Assembly: GCF_902713615.1 (NCBI RefSeq)
Contig: NC_052164.1
Span: 83,303,830 to 83,367,829, forward strand
Origin: Scyliorhinus canicula
Taxonomy: Eukaryota
Direction of reading: 5' to 3'
Length of the DNA stretch: 64,000 bases
Shown here: positions 38,540 through 48,885 of the stretch, in pieces
Position numbering within the stretch: position 1 is the first letter of the stretch
How the letters are laid out: each line of letters starts with the position of its first letter
The notes under the pieces: generated by a model
What the model was told of the DNA's origin: nothing
Databases searched by the model: none
What the model saw: the letters and a program-made list of their open reading frames with translations, nothing else
Program-made: the position numbers and the translations under genes

Positions 38540-41500
38540 TCAACTCCACCTCCCAGCATTCTCCCCATAGCCCTTAATTCCTCGCGACATCAAGAATTTA
38601 TCTATCTCTGCCTTGAAGCCATTTAGCGTCCCGGCCTCCACTGCACTCTGCGGCAATGAATTCCACAGGCCCACCACTCTCTGGCTGAAGAAATGTCTCC
38701 GCATTTCTGTTTTGAATTTACCCCCTCTAATTCTAAGGCTGTGCCCACGGGTCCTCGACTCCTCGCCTAACGGAAACAGTTTCTTTGCGTCCATCCTTTC
38801 TAAGCCATGTATTATCTTGTAAGTTTCTATTAGATCTCCCCATAACCTTCTGAACTCCAATGAATACAATCCCAGGAACGCCAGCCGTTCCTCATATGCT
38901 AGACCCTCCATTCCAGGGATCATCCGTGTGAATCTCCGCTGGACACGCTCCAGTGCCAGTATGTCCTTCCTGAGATGTGGGGCCCAAAACTGGACACAGT
39001 ACTCCAAATGGGGCCTAACCAGAGCCTTATAAAGGCTCAGTAGCACATCGCTGCTTTTATATTCCAACCCTCTTGAGATAAATGACAACATAGCATTCGC
39101 TTTCTTAATCACGGATTCAACCTGCATGTTTACCTTTAGGGAATCCTCGACTAGCACTCCCAGATCCCTTTGTACTTTGGCATTATGAATTTTCTCACCG
39201 TTTAGAAAGTAGTCTATGCTTGGATTCTTTTTTCCAAAGTGCAAGACCTCACATTTTCTCACGTTGAAATGCATCAGCCATTTCCTGCACCACTCTCCCA
39301 AACTGTCTAGATCCTTCTGCAGCCTCCCCACTTCCTCAGCACTACCTGCCTGACCACCTAACTTCGTATCATCAGCAAACTTCGCTAGAATGCCCCCAGT
39401 CCCTTCATCCAGATCATTAATATATATGGTGAACAGCTGCGGCCCCAACACTGAACCCTGTGGGACACCGCTGGTCACCGGCTGCCATTCCGAAAAAGAA
39501 CCTTTTATCCCAACTCTCTGCCTTCTGTCAGACAGCCAATCCTCAACCCATGCCAGTAGCTCACCTCGAACACCATGGGCCCTCACCTTACTCAGCAGCC
39601 TCCTGTGTGGCACCTTATCAAAGGCCTTTTGGAAATCCAGATAGACCACATCCACTGGGTTTCCCTGGTCTAACCTACTTGTCACCTCCTCAAAGAATTC
39701 TAACAGGTTCGTCAGGCACGACCTCCCCTTACTAAATCCATGTTGACTTGTTCTAATCCGACCCTGCTCTTCCAAGAAATTAGAAATCTCATCCTTAACG
39801 ATCGATTCTAGAATTTTACCAACAACCGAGGTTAGGCTAATTGGCCTATAATTTTCCATCTTTTGTCTTGATCCTTTCTTGAACAAGGGGGTTACAACAG
39901 CGATCTTCCAATCGTCCGGGACTTTCCCTGACTCCAGTGATTTTTGAAAGATCTCAACCAACGCTTCCGCTATTTCTTCAGCCACCTCCCTCAGAACTCT
40001 AGGATGTAGCCCATCGGGGCCAGGAGATTTGTCAATTTTAAGACCTTTTAGCTTTTTTAGCACCATCTCTTTTGTAATGGCAACCATACTCAACTCAGCC
40101 CCCTGACCCTTTATAATTTTTGGGATATTACTAACGTCTTCCACTGTGAAGACAGATGCAAAGTACTTATTAAGTTCTCCAGCCATTTCCTCATCTCCCA
40201 TCACTAGCCTTCCAGAATCAGTTTGAATTGGCCCAATGTCTACTTTGGCCTGACGTTTGTTTCTTATGTATTGAAAGAAACTTTTACTATCATTTCTTAT
40301 ATTACTGGCTAGCCTGCCTTCATATTTGATCCTCTCCTTCCTTATTTGTCTCTTTGTTAACCTCTGTTTGTTTTTGTAGCCTTCCCAATCTTCTGATTTC
40401 CCGGTGCTTTTGGCCACTTTATAGGATCTCTCTTTTTCTTTGATACATTTCCTGACCTCCTTTGTCAGCCATGGCTGTCTAATCCCTCCCTGGATAATCT
40501 TTCTTTTCTTGGGGATGAACCTCTGTACAGTGTCCTCAATTATGCATACAAACTCCTGCCATTTTTGCTCTACTGTCTTCCCTGCTAGGGTCTGCTTCCA
40601 GTTGATTTTCACCAGTTCCTCTCTCATGCCCTCGTAATTACCTTTATTTAACTGTAACACCATTACATCCGATTTTGCCTTCTCTCTTTCAAACTGCAGA
40701 CTGAACTCAACCATATTATGATCGCTGCTTCCTAAGTGTTCCCTTACTTTAAGATCTTTAATAAAGTCTGGTTCATTACATAGCACTAGGTCCAGAATAG
40801 CCTGCTCCCTTGTGGGCTCCATGACAAGCTGTTCCAAAAAGCCATCTTGTAAGCATTCCATGAATTCCTTTACTTTGGATCCACTGGCTACATTATTTAC
40901 CCAATCCACCTGCATATTGAAGTCCCCCATGATCACTGTGACCTTGCCTTTCTGACATGCCTTTTCTATTTCCCGGTACATGTTGCGCCCCTGGTCCTGA
41001 CCACTGTTAGGCGGTCTGTACATAACTCCCATTATGGTTTTTTTGCCTTTGTGGTTCCTCAATTCTACCCACACAGACTCCACATCATCCGACCCTATGT
41101 CGTTTAGTGCCATAGATTTAATTTTGTTCTTAACTAACAAGGCAACCCCACCCCCTCGGCCCACCTCCCTGTCTTTTCGATAGGTTGTATATCCTTGGAT
41201 GTTTAACTGCCAGTCCTGAACCCCCTGCAGCCATGTCTCTGTGATGCCTACCACATCATAATCATTCACGATGATCTGTGCCATTAGTTCATCTACTTTG
41301 TTACAAATGCTACGAGCATTCAGGTAAAGTGCCTTAATGTTAACTTTCTTATCAGTACAGATATTGGAAGTCCTAAGATGTCCAAAGTTATCCTTCCTTT
41401 TTGTTGCATTCCTAGTCTGCCTCAAGCTTAAATCCACCTGCCTACATGTTATCCTCCTGCGTATCTTGCCATTTAACTCCCTGCTCCCTGTCGCTTTCAC
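38540..41500 (-). CDS. CR1 ORF2p: APE endonuclease + reverse transcriptase; no AUG at the start (frame is open from 41533)
   Basis: EN motifs YLNARS, ITETW, GDFN, SDH; RT motifs YRPISL, DFQKAFD, PQGSVLGP, FADD; 986 uninterrupted codons beginning GTG. Confidence 0.95.
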   Translation of the reverse strand: MKATGSRELNGKIRRRITCRQVDLSLRQTRNATKRKDNFGHLRTSNICTDKKVNIKALYLNARSICNKVDELMAQIIVNDYDVVGITETWLQGVQDWQLNIQGYTTYRKDREVGRGGGVALLVKNKIKSMALNDIGSDDVESVWVELRNHKGKKTIMGVMYRPPNSGQDQGRNMYREIEKACQKGKVTVIMGDFNMQVDWVNNVASGSKVKEFMECLQDGFLEQLVMEPTREQAILDLVLCNEPDFIKDLKVREHLGSSDHNMVEFSLQFEREKAKSDVMVLQLNKGNYEGMREELVKINWKQTLAGKTVEQKWQEFVCIIEDTVQRFIPKKRKIIQGGIRQPWLTKEVRKCIKEKERSYKVAKSTGKSEDWEGYKNKQRLTKRQIRKERIKYEGRLASNIRNDSKSFFQYIRNKRQAKVDIGPIQTDSGRLVMGDEEMAGELNKYFASVFTVEDVSNIPKIIKGQGAELSMVAITKEMVLKKLKGLKIDKSPGPDGLHPRVLREVAEEIAEALVEIFQKSLESGKVPDDWKIAVVTPLFKKGSRQKMENYRPISLTSVVGKILESIVKDEISNFLEEQGRIRTSQHGFSKGRSCLTNLLEFFEEVTSRLDQGNPVDVVYLDFQKAFDKVPHRRLLSKVRAHGVRGELLAWVEDWLSDRRQRVGIKGSFSEWQPVTSGVPQGSVLGPQLFTIYINDLDEGTGGILAKFADDTKLGGQAGSAEEVGRLQKDLDSLGEWCRKWLMHFNVRKCEVLHFGKKNPSIDYFLNGEKIHNAKVQRDLGVLVEDSLKVNMQVESVIKKANAMLSFISRGLEYKSSDVLLSLYKALVRPHLEYCVQFWAPHLRKDILALERVQRRFTRMIPGMEGLAYEERLAFLGLYSLEFRRLWGDLIETYKIIHGLERMDAKKLFPLGEESRTRGHSLRIRGGKFKTEMRRHFFSQRVVGLWNSLPQSAVEAGTLNGFKAEIDKFLMSRGIKGYGENAGRWS

Positions 41501-41517
41501 TTTCCCTTCCCCCCAAC

Positions 41518-42477
41518 TCAGAAGTTTAAAGTCCTACTGACCACCCTATTTATCCTCTTCGCTAGAACACTGGTTCCAGATCGGTTCAGGTGGAGACCGT
41601 CCCAACGGTACAGATCCCCCCGGTTCCAAAACTGATGCCAATGTCCCATGAAGTGGAATCCCTCTTTCCCACACCAATCCCTTAGCCACGTGTTTACTTC
41701 CCTAATTTTCCTATCCCTATGCCAATTGGCACGTGGCTCGGGCAGTAATCCAGAGATTATGACCCTTGAGGACCTGTACTTCAATTTTCTTCCTAGTGCT
41801 TGATAGTCCCCGAACAGGTCCTCCACCCTAGCTTTACCTATGTTGTTAGTCCCAACGTGGACCACAACAACTGGATCCTCCCCCTCCCGCTCCAGTATCC
41901 TTTCAAGCCGGTCAGAGATGTCCCGCACCCTGGCACCGGGCAGGCAACACACCATGCGAGACTCCCGATCCGGCTTGCATAGGATACTATCTGTCCCCCT
42001 AATTATAGAATCCCCTATAACAACTACTTGTCTTTTTACTCCCCCCTCTTGAATGGCCTTCTGCACCATGGTACCGTGGTCAGTTGGCTCATCCTGTCCA
42101 GAGCCCCTTTCCTCATCCATACAGGGAGCAAGAGTCTCATACCTGTTGGACAAGGTCAAGGGCTGAGGCTCCTGCACTCCTGAACTCAGGTTCCCTCTGC
42201 CTGCCTCACTTACAGTCACACTCTGATGTCCCTGATCAGTTACTGAATGTGAATTACTTAATCTCCCAGGTGTGACTGCCTCCTGAAACAAAGTGTCCAG
42301 GTAACTCTCCCCCTCCCGGATGTGCCGCAGTGTTTGAAGCTCAGACTCCAGATCATCAATTCTGAGCCGGAGATCTTCCAGCAACCAACACTTGCTGCAG
42401 ATGTGGTCATTGCCATTCACAAGGGGAACAGCCAGCTCCCACATCATACAGCTACAGCACATCACCTGCCCAGCCAT
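41518..42477 (-). CDS. CR1 ORF1p: Cys-rich Zn finger / leucine zipper plus SGNH esterase domain
   Basis: CxxC...CxxC with LxxxxxxL heptads; SGNH blocks VIGDS, PGA, VHVGTNN, DGLHLN; 319 aa. Confidence 0.93.
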   Translation of the reverse strand: MAGQVMCCSCMMWELAVPLVNGNDHICSKCWLLEDLRLRIDDLESELQTLRHIREGESYLDTLFQEAVTPGRLSNSHSVTDQGHQSVTVSEAGRGNLSSGVQEPQPLTLSNRYETLAPCMDEERGSGQDEPTDHGTMVQKAIQEGGVKRQVVVIGDSIIRGTDSILCKPDRESRMVCCLPGARVRDISDRLERILEREGEDPVVVVHVGTNNIGKARVEDLFGDYQALGRKLKYRSSRVIISGLLPEPRANWHRDRKIREVNTWLRDWCGKEGFHFMGHWHQFWNRGDLYRWDGLHLNRSGTSVLAKRINRVVSRTLNF

Positions 42478-42767
42478 CTCTGATTAGTTAATTAATTTAT
42501 TACTTTGTATAAATTTCAGTTAAAAAAACTTGGAGACCTCTGCTATAGTCTTTTCCAACCTAGTTCTGGTTAACAAATAAGAAAAAGAGAAATAATAATG
42601 TAATAAGGCACTCACCTGCTCACCCCAATGGGTCTTATTATTAGGTTAGAGGAGGAGGGCGGGTGGGAGACACTACACGTGTAGTGTCTCGGGTTTCCTC
42701 TCCACCAGAATTTATTAACTAGGGAGGGGTAAACCTTCCCAGAAGTCCACGGGACAAACTTCCTGTT

Positions 42768-43524
42768 CCCTGCAAAGGTAAGTAATTTAAACTTACCACT
42801 CACCTCCCGATAGGCTCAGCCCCTGCCGGTATCCAATGGCTGGCTGCTGCAATTGAAATTGACAAATCTACTCACCAGCTGAAGTATCCCAGCTCCCGCC
42901 GAAATCCAACTGACTGCAACCCCTGCAAAGGTAAGTAATTTAAACTTACCACTCACCTCCCGATAGGCTCAGCCCCTGCCGGTATCCAATGGCTGGCTGC
43001 TGCAATTGAAATTGACAAATCTACTCACCAGCTGAAGTATCCCAGCTCCCGCCGAAATCCAACTGACTGCAACCCCTGCAAAGGTAAGTAATTTAAACTT
43101 ACCACTCACCTCCCGATAGGCTCAGCCCCTGCCGGTATCCAATGGCTGGCTGCTGCAATTGAAATTGACAAATCTACTCACCAGCTGAAGTATCCCAGCT
43201 CCCGCCGAAATCCAACTGACTGCAACCCCTGCAAAGGTAAGTAATTTAAACTTACCACTCACCTCCCGATAGGCTCAGCCCCTGCCGGTATCCAATGGCT
43301 GGCTGCTGCAATTGAAATTGACAAATCTACTCACCAGCTGAAGTATCCCAGCTCCCGCCGAAATCCAACTGACTGCAACCCCTGCAAAGGTAAGTAATTT
43401 AAACTTACCACTCACCTCCCGATAGGCTCAGCCCCTGCCGGTATCCAATGGCTGGCTGCTGCAATTGAAATTGACAAATCTACTCACCAGCTGAAGTATC
43501 CCAGCTCCCGCCGAAATCCAACTG
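42768..43524 (-). repeat. Tandem array of ~4.9 identical 153-bp monomers forming the CR1 5' end
   Basis: TGCAAAGGTAAGT recurs at 42771, 42924, 43077, 43230 and 43383. Confidence 0.95.
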
Positions 43525-43690
43525 CATGATCACGTTTAACAACCTTCTTACATTGGCCACCAACTGCCTACCCTTAACAAATCCCGTCTGGTCCTCTCCA
43601 ATAAGGTCCTGAACACAATCCTCATGGACAAAATTCTGGCCAGCAATTTGGCATCTACATTCAGCAGGGATATCACCCTGTAGGATTCAC
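43525..43690 (-). mobile_element. Continuation of the Tx1/L1 element on the far side of the CR1
   Basis: SYRVISLLNVDAKLLARIL ... DQTGFVKGRQLVANVRRLLNVI, contiguous with the sequence at 38455. Confidence 0.85.
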
Positions 43691-44659
43691 AATTCACTGT
43701 ATCATTGATGTCTGCTGCCTCCATTAAGACTGGCTGCTTTTGGAAGAGTAATTGTAGCTTGTCAGTAACAAAGCCAAATAACTGTTTCTGCACCAATACT
43801 GGACCACAGCTGATCACTCCAGTTCCACTGAAAGTTCAAATTAAGAGCTTGGATCTAGAAATGTGACCTGTGCGATCTTCTTAGTATTACATGGAGCTCT
43901 TGCAATTTACATTTGGATTTTGAATAAAGGTAAAAAGTAGTTTCCAGTCCAGACATTCAGAGATTTCCCCAAGCACGGAGATGAGGAGAAATTCTTCACA
44001 GCGCCAGGGACCCGGGTTTGATTCTTGGCTTGGGTCACTGCCTATCAAGAGTCTGCACACTCTCCTCGTGTCTGCGTGGGTTCCCTCCGGGTGCTCCGGT
44101 TTCCTCCCACAAGTCCTGAAAGAGGTGCTTGTTACGCGAATTGGTCATTCTGAATTCTCCCTCAGTGTACCCGAACAGGCGCCCTAGTGTGGCGACTAGG
44201 GGATTTTCACAGTAATTTCACTGCAGTGTTAATGTTAGCCTACTTGTTACACTAATAAATATTAAATACACAATATTATATCTTGCTTCACAAGAGGCCT
44301 GTTTCTGGTAAAAAGGCATTTTGTTGACAGTGCCCAAGAGTATTGGAAATGGTTACTGAAGTTGCTTTTCCCCAGCAAGAAATTTGACCGTACTTCACTG
44401 GTTGTGAAGTGCTTTGAGCAGTCTTGAGTTTGTGAAAGGCACTGGGAGTCTCTTTATTTAGCTACATTCTCAGTCTGTCCAAGTACTCTAGAAAAAAAGC
44501 TGCTCATTTAATCCACACCTGTCAAAATCGCAGCGACAAAAAAAAAAATGTTCTTTCCTCCAAGCAACTGGATTTCTCACTTTTTCCACTGGGTTTTTGT
44601 TGTACATAGCACAGTATAAATACACACAAGATGATCAGACTTTTGCAAGGGGGGGGGGG

Positions 44660-47428
44660 GGGACCTGGGTGGCACCCCTAATGTTATTTACATTTTGTTT
44701 TTGTTATTTACAGGAGTTTAAATTGTTTTTTCTTTTCGTCCTTTTGTTTTCTTTCCTCCTTACTGCGTTCACTGTGGCCGTTGTGGTCCTGTGTTTCCTT
44801 TCCCGCCTGTGTTTCCCTCTTTTCTCCCTCCTGGTTCCCCCCCTTTGTTGCTCCCACCTCCTCCCCCCTTCCCTACCGTCTACGGCTCTCCCGCTGAATT
44901 TAGTTTTGCTTTCTTATTTCCCCGGGGTTCAGTTTCGCTTTTATGTTTCCCCAGGCCCTCCCCCTATTTTCTTTTGTGTCTTTGCTACTCTCTCTTTGTC
45001 CCTGGCTATCTAGTTGCTGGCCACAAACAGAGCCCGGAACAGCTGGGTGAATGGCTCCCACGTTCTGTGGAAGCCATCTTATTACCCACAGATGGCGAAT
45101 TTTAATTTCTCCATTTGGAGAAATTCCGATAGGTCGGACAGCCAGTCTGCAACTTCAGGATGGATCTAAGTAGGAAGAGGCACCAGGGCAGCACATTCAT
45201 TTTGATTGTCTGCACTCTCCCCGCCAGGTCCTTTTTAACTTCCTCTGTCAAACTGGTCAGGTTTCAATTGTGGACCCCTGTCCAGTCATGGGCAATTTGG
45301 ACCCCTAGGTAGCGGAATTTGTGCCGGGCCTGCTTCAGTGGCAGCTCTGACCCTGCCCTTCACTGAAAGATCTCGCTTTTGCTCATGTTGAGTTTGTACC
45401 CCGAGAAGGTACCAGACTCTTTCAGGAGCGCCACGATTCCTTCCATACTGCTTTGTGGGTCCAAGATGTAGAGGAGCAGATCATCCGCAGAGAGAGACTC
45501 TATGCTCTCTGCCTCCTCTTCGGATCCCCTTCTAGTTCTTTGATGTCCTGAGCTTGATCGCTAGTGGTTCGATTGCTAGGGCACGCAGCAGCAGGGATAA
45601 CAGCATCCCTGCCTCGTGCCCTGTGCAGCTGGAAGTACTTGGAGCTGGTGGTATTTGTCCGTACATGTCGGGGGTGTTATACAGGAGTTTCATTCACGCG
45701 GTGAATCCTATTCCGAGTCCGAAACGCTCCAGTACCTCTATGAGGTACTTTCATTCGACACTGTCGAAGTTCTTTTCTGCGTCTAGGGAGTCATGATCAT
45801 GTTCAGCAGGCACCTGATGTTCGATATTGGCTGTCTACCTTTGACAAAGCACGTTTGGTCTTCTGCGACCACCTCTGGTACAGTTCTCGAGCCTCTTAGC
45901 TAGGATTTTGGCCAATATTTTGGCGCCTGCCTTTAGTAACGAGATGGGTCTGTATGAACCGCATTGTTAGGACTTTGTATTTTTTAGGTATTGGCAAGAT
46001 CGAGGCTTGTGCCAGCATAGGCAGCAGTGTGCCCCTCACCAGCGAGTCTGTGAACATCTCCCGTAGGTACGGGGCCAATGCTGTCACAAATCTTTTGTAG
46101 AAGTCCGCCGGGAAATGTCCAGTCCTGGTGTCTTCCCCGCCTGCATGGAGCTAATACACTCCATGACCTCTCCCAGTTCTAGCGGTGCTTCCAGGCCCCG
46201 TTTCCTTTCTTCACCCACGACTGGCATGTCCAGTCCATCAAGGAACTGCTTCATCCCCGAGACACTTGCTGGGGGCTCCGAGGTGTACAGCCCCCAGTAG
46301 AAGGCTTTGTTCACCTTGTCTGGGTCTGTTTCTAGTGTGCCTCTGATGTCTCTAATTTATGGGATTTCCCTTGTGGCTGTCTGCTTTCTCAGTTGGTGCG
46401 CCAGCAGGCAGCTGGTTTTGTCTCGTATTCATATAGGGCCCCCCATGCCTGGCGGAGTTGGTGCACCGCTCTCCTCATGGAGAGCAGGTCAAAATCCATT
46501 TGTAGCTTTTCCCTCTCCACCAGGAGCTCTACGGTCAGGGCCTCGGAGTATTGCCGGTCCACCTCTAGTATGGAGTCAACTAGCTGTTGCCTAGCCGCCC
46601 TCTCCTCCCTGTCTCTTCACACTTTAAAGGCAATAATTTCTCCTCTGATCACAGCCTTTAGTGCCTCCCAGACCATGGAGGGTAAGACCTCCTCGTTCTG
46701 GTTGTTCTTTATGTATTCGTCTATGGCCGGTGATATTTTCTCATTGAAGGCGTTGTCAGCCAGTAAGGCCATGTCCAACCTCCATGTGGTGCATTGGACA
46801 CTGCCTGTCTCCAACCTCACATCCATATAACGTGGAGCATGGTCAGAGATTACAATCATGGAGTATTCCGCCGCGACCAGCTCCCGGAAGCACTGATTTC
46901 CCCAGTATAAGTCGATCCTTGAATATACATTTTGTACTGGGGAGAAGAAGAACTCCTTCTCCCCTAGGTGGGTGAATCGGCATGGGTCCACTGCTCCCAT
47001 CTGCTCCATAAAGAGACTGAGTTATTTGCCATATTGGAGGTCTTTTCCATTTTGGTGTTCGATCTGTCCGTCCGTGGGTTCTATACACAGTTAAAGTTTC
47101 CCGCCCCCCCCCCCCCCCCCCCCCCGGGACCATGATCAGTCTATGTCGGGGATTTCCACCATGGTCTGTTTTATGAATTTCGTGTCGTTACAGTTGTTCT
47201 GCTTTCTCAGCTGGTGCGCCAGCAGGCAGCTGGCTTTGTCTCGTATTCTCGTACGAGGACTACCTGTGCCCCTTCTAGGGCCCCACTGGCCATGACGTAC
47301 CATCCCACTCGGTCCGTAACCATCCTTGTCGCCGTAAACATTGTCCTCTTATTAATTAATATGGCTATCCCCCTGGCCCTCGTCCCGTAACAGGAATGGT
47401 AGATCTGTCCCATGCAGCCCTTCCTCAC
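44660..47428 (-). mobile_element. Second degenerate, internally deleted Tx1/L1 LINE (EN-RT fragments)
   Basis: Fragments RGIAILINK, YSRID, ISDHAP, WEALKAVIRG, SMQAGKTPGLD; many frameshifts. Confidence 0.82.
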
Positions 47429-47459
47429 CCGCAGTGGTCCTGTAGGATCCGTAGAGAGG

Positions 47460-48330
47460 GAAATTGTGACCTTTCATCAAAATTCAAACCAATAAATCCT
47501 CTCACCAACTGTACCTCTCCTGCAGCAGCTTCCAGCAAACTGCAGTCACTCACCAACCCAAGCAGATCACTATGGCAACCGCTTAAAGCTGAAGCTCGAC
47601 TCACCTCCAGGGGAATGGGCCCAACATCGCCTATAATTGTCGGTGTAGGAAAAAAATTAAAAATGGCAAAAACCATCATTCCGGACAGGAGAATGTTGGA
47701 GTGGGTGAAGTAAATAAGGTCGGTGGTGGGTCAGAGAGAGAGAGAGAGAGGAAAAAGGTCGAAGCCGAGTTTCTGGCGGGAAGATTCAAAACAGAAATAT
47801 GACCTAAATAAAAGGTTGCGGAAGCTGGAAGTCTGAGTGGGAAACGTTCAGCAATCCAGACAGAATCTGCACAGGGAGTGGGGGGGGGGGGGGGGGGATT
47901 GCGACCTTTAATCGGAATTCAAACCAATAAATCCTCTCACCGGTTATCTGTTGGTTGTGGGTGGACCGATTGTGGGAGGAGTGGGTCGGATATAGATCGG
48001 CCGGACCGGTTCTGGGGGTGGACCCGAAGTGAATAGGCCGATCCTCTTTATGGGGGGGTGCCGGAAGTGGAGAGCCCGGACTGTTTAGCTGGGGGGACCG
48101 TTTGAGGTGAGAGGCAGCGGCGCGGGCCGGGCGGTTTGGGGGTGTTCCAGCCTCTCAGTTTAAAACAAAGAGGGCGGAGAGTCACTGCCCTGAGAGGCAG
48201 AGGGAGTTTCCGAGTGACCGATTTCTCGCCGGCCGCAATCAACAAGTTTAACCCCAGTTAGCTGTGAGCCACAAGGTTGGGGCTGCTCACCTTGGAGAGG
48301 CGGCGCGGCGCCGCGGATCCAGGTACAATT
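47460..48330. promoter_or_regulatory. CpG-rich putative bidirectional promoter and first non-coding exons of THYN1 (-) and ANAPC13 (+)
   Basis: CpG-dense, largely non-repeat patch between the two ATG exons, both of which start with an acceptor. ETS/GABP motif CCGGAAGT at 48061-48068; + donor GAG|gtgaga at 48106/48107; - donors near 47940, 47604 and 47505; CCAAT motifs. Confidence 0.65.
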
Positions 48331-48885
48331 CCGGCCTCGGGTCACTGTCGAGTTTGCATCTTCCCGTGTCTGCGTGGGTTTCCTCCAGGTGCTCCGGATC
48401 CCTCCCACGGCCCAAAGATGTGCAGGTTAGGTGAATTGGCCATGATCAGTTTCGCCATAGTGTCTAGGGAAGTGCAGGTTAGACTATAGGGTTATGAGGA
48501 CGTGGCTCGGGTCTCTTCTGAAGGGTTAGTGTAGACTTGATGGGCTGAATGGTCTCCTGCATTATAGGGATTTTGCGAGTGAAGAAGGCTAAGAAGGGAT
48601 TTGATGGAGATGTTCAAAATCATGAGGGGGCTGGGCAGAATAGATGGGGAGACACTGTTCCTGCTTGTAAAATGATCAAGTACGAGAGGGCACAGATTTA
48701 AAGTGATTTGGGAAAAAGAGATGTGAGGAAAAAACTTCTTTGTGTAATGGGTGCTTCAGGACTGGCATGCACTGTCTTGAATTGTGGTGGAGCATTAGAT
48801 GATGATTTTTATGTGCAAGGGCATAAGTAATTTGATGAGCCTGTGCAGATGGGCTGAATGGCCTCCTGTCCATAACAATTCTGTG
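48300..48885 (+). mobile_element. Degenerate V-SINE followed by a CR1 3' fragment in ANAPC13 intron 1
   Basis: V domain at ~48370-48440; CR1-like GDLMEMFKIMRG and tail ATGGGCTGAATGGCCTCCT. Confidence 0.65.

Larger units (their letters stand above)
38456..43524 (-). mobile_element. Full-length, apparently intact CR1-clade LINE in THYN1 intron 1, sense to THYN1
   Basis: Monomeric 5' UTR, intact ORF1 and ORF2, 3' tail CCTATGTCTTATGGTCTT(ATG). It splits a Tx1/L1 RT coding sequence (NVIM|MPPEG) with CAT at both junctions. Confidence 0.95.

Noticed and set aside
41498-41500. 'M' start of the 986-aa ORF
   Set aside because: The codon is GTG; the frame is open further upstream to 41533 and the first true ATG is at 41284.
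42768-43524. CRISPR-like array
   Set aside because: Units are identical head-to-tail with no unique spacers; eukaryotic LINE 5' UTR context.
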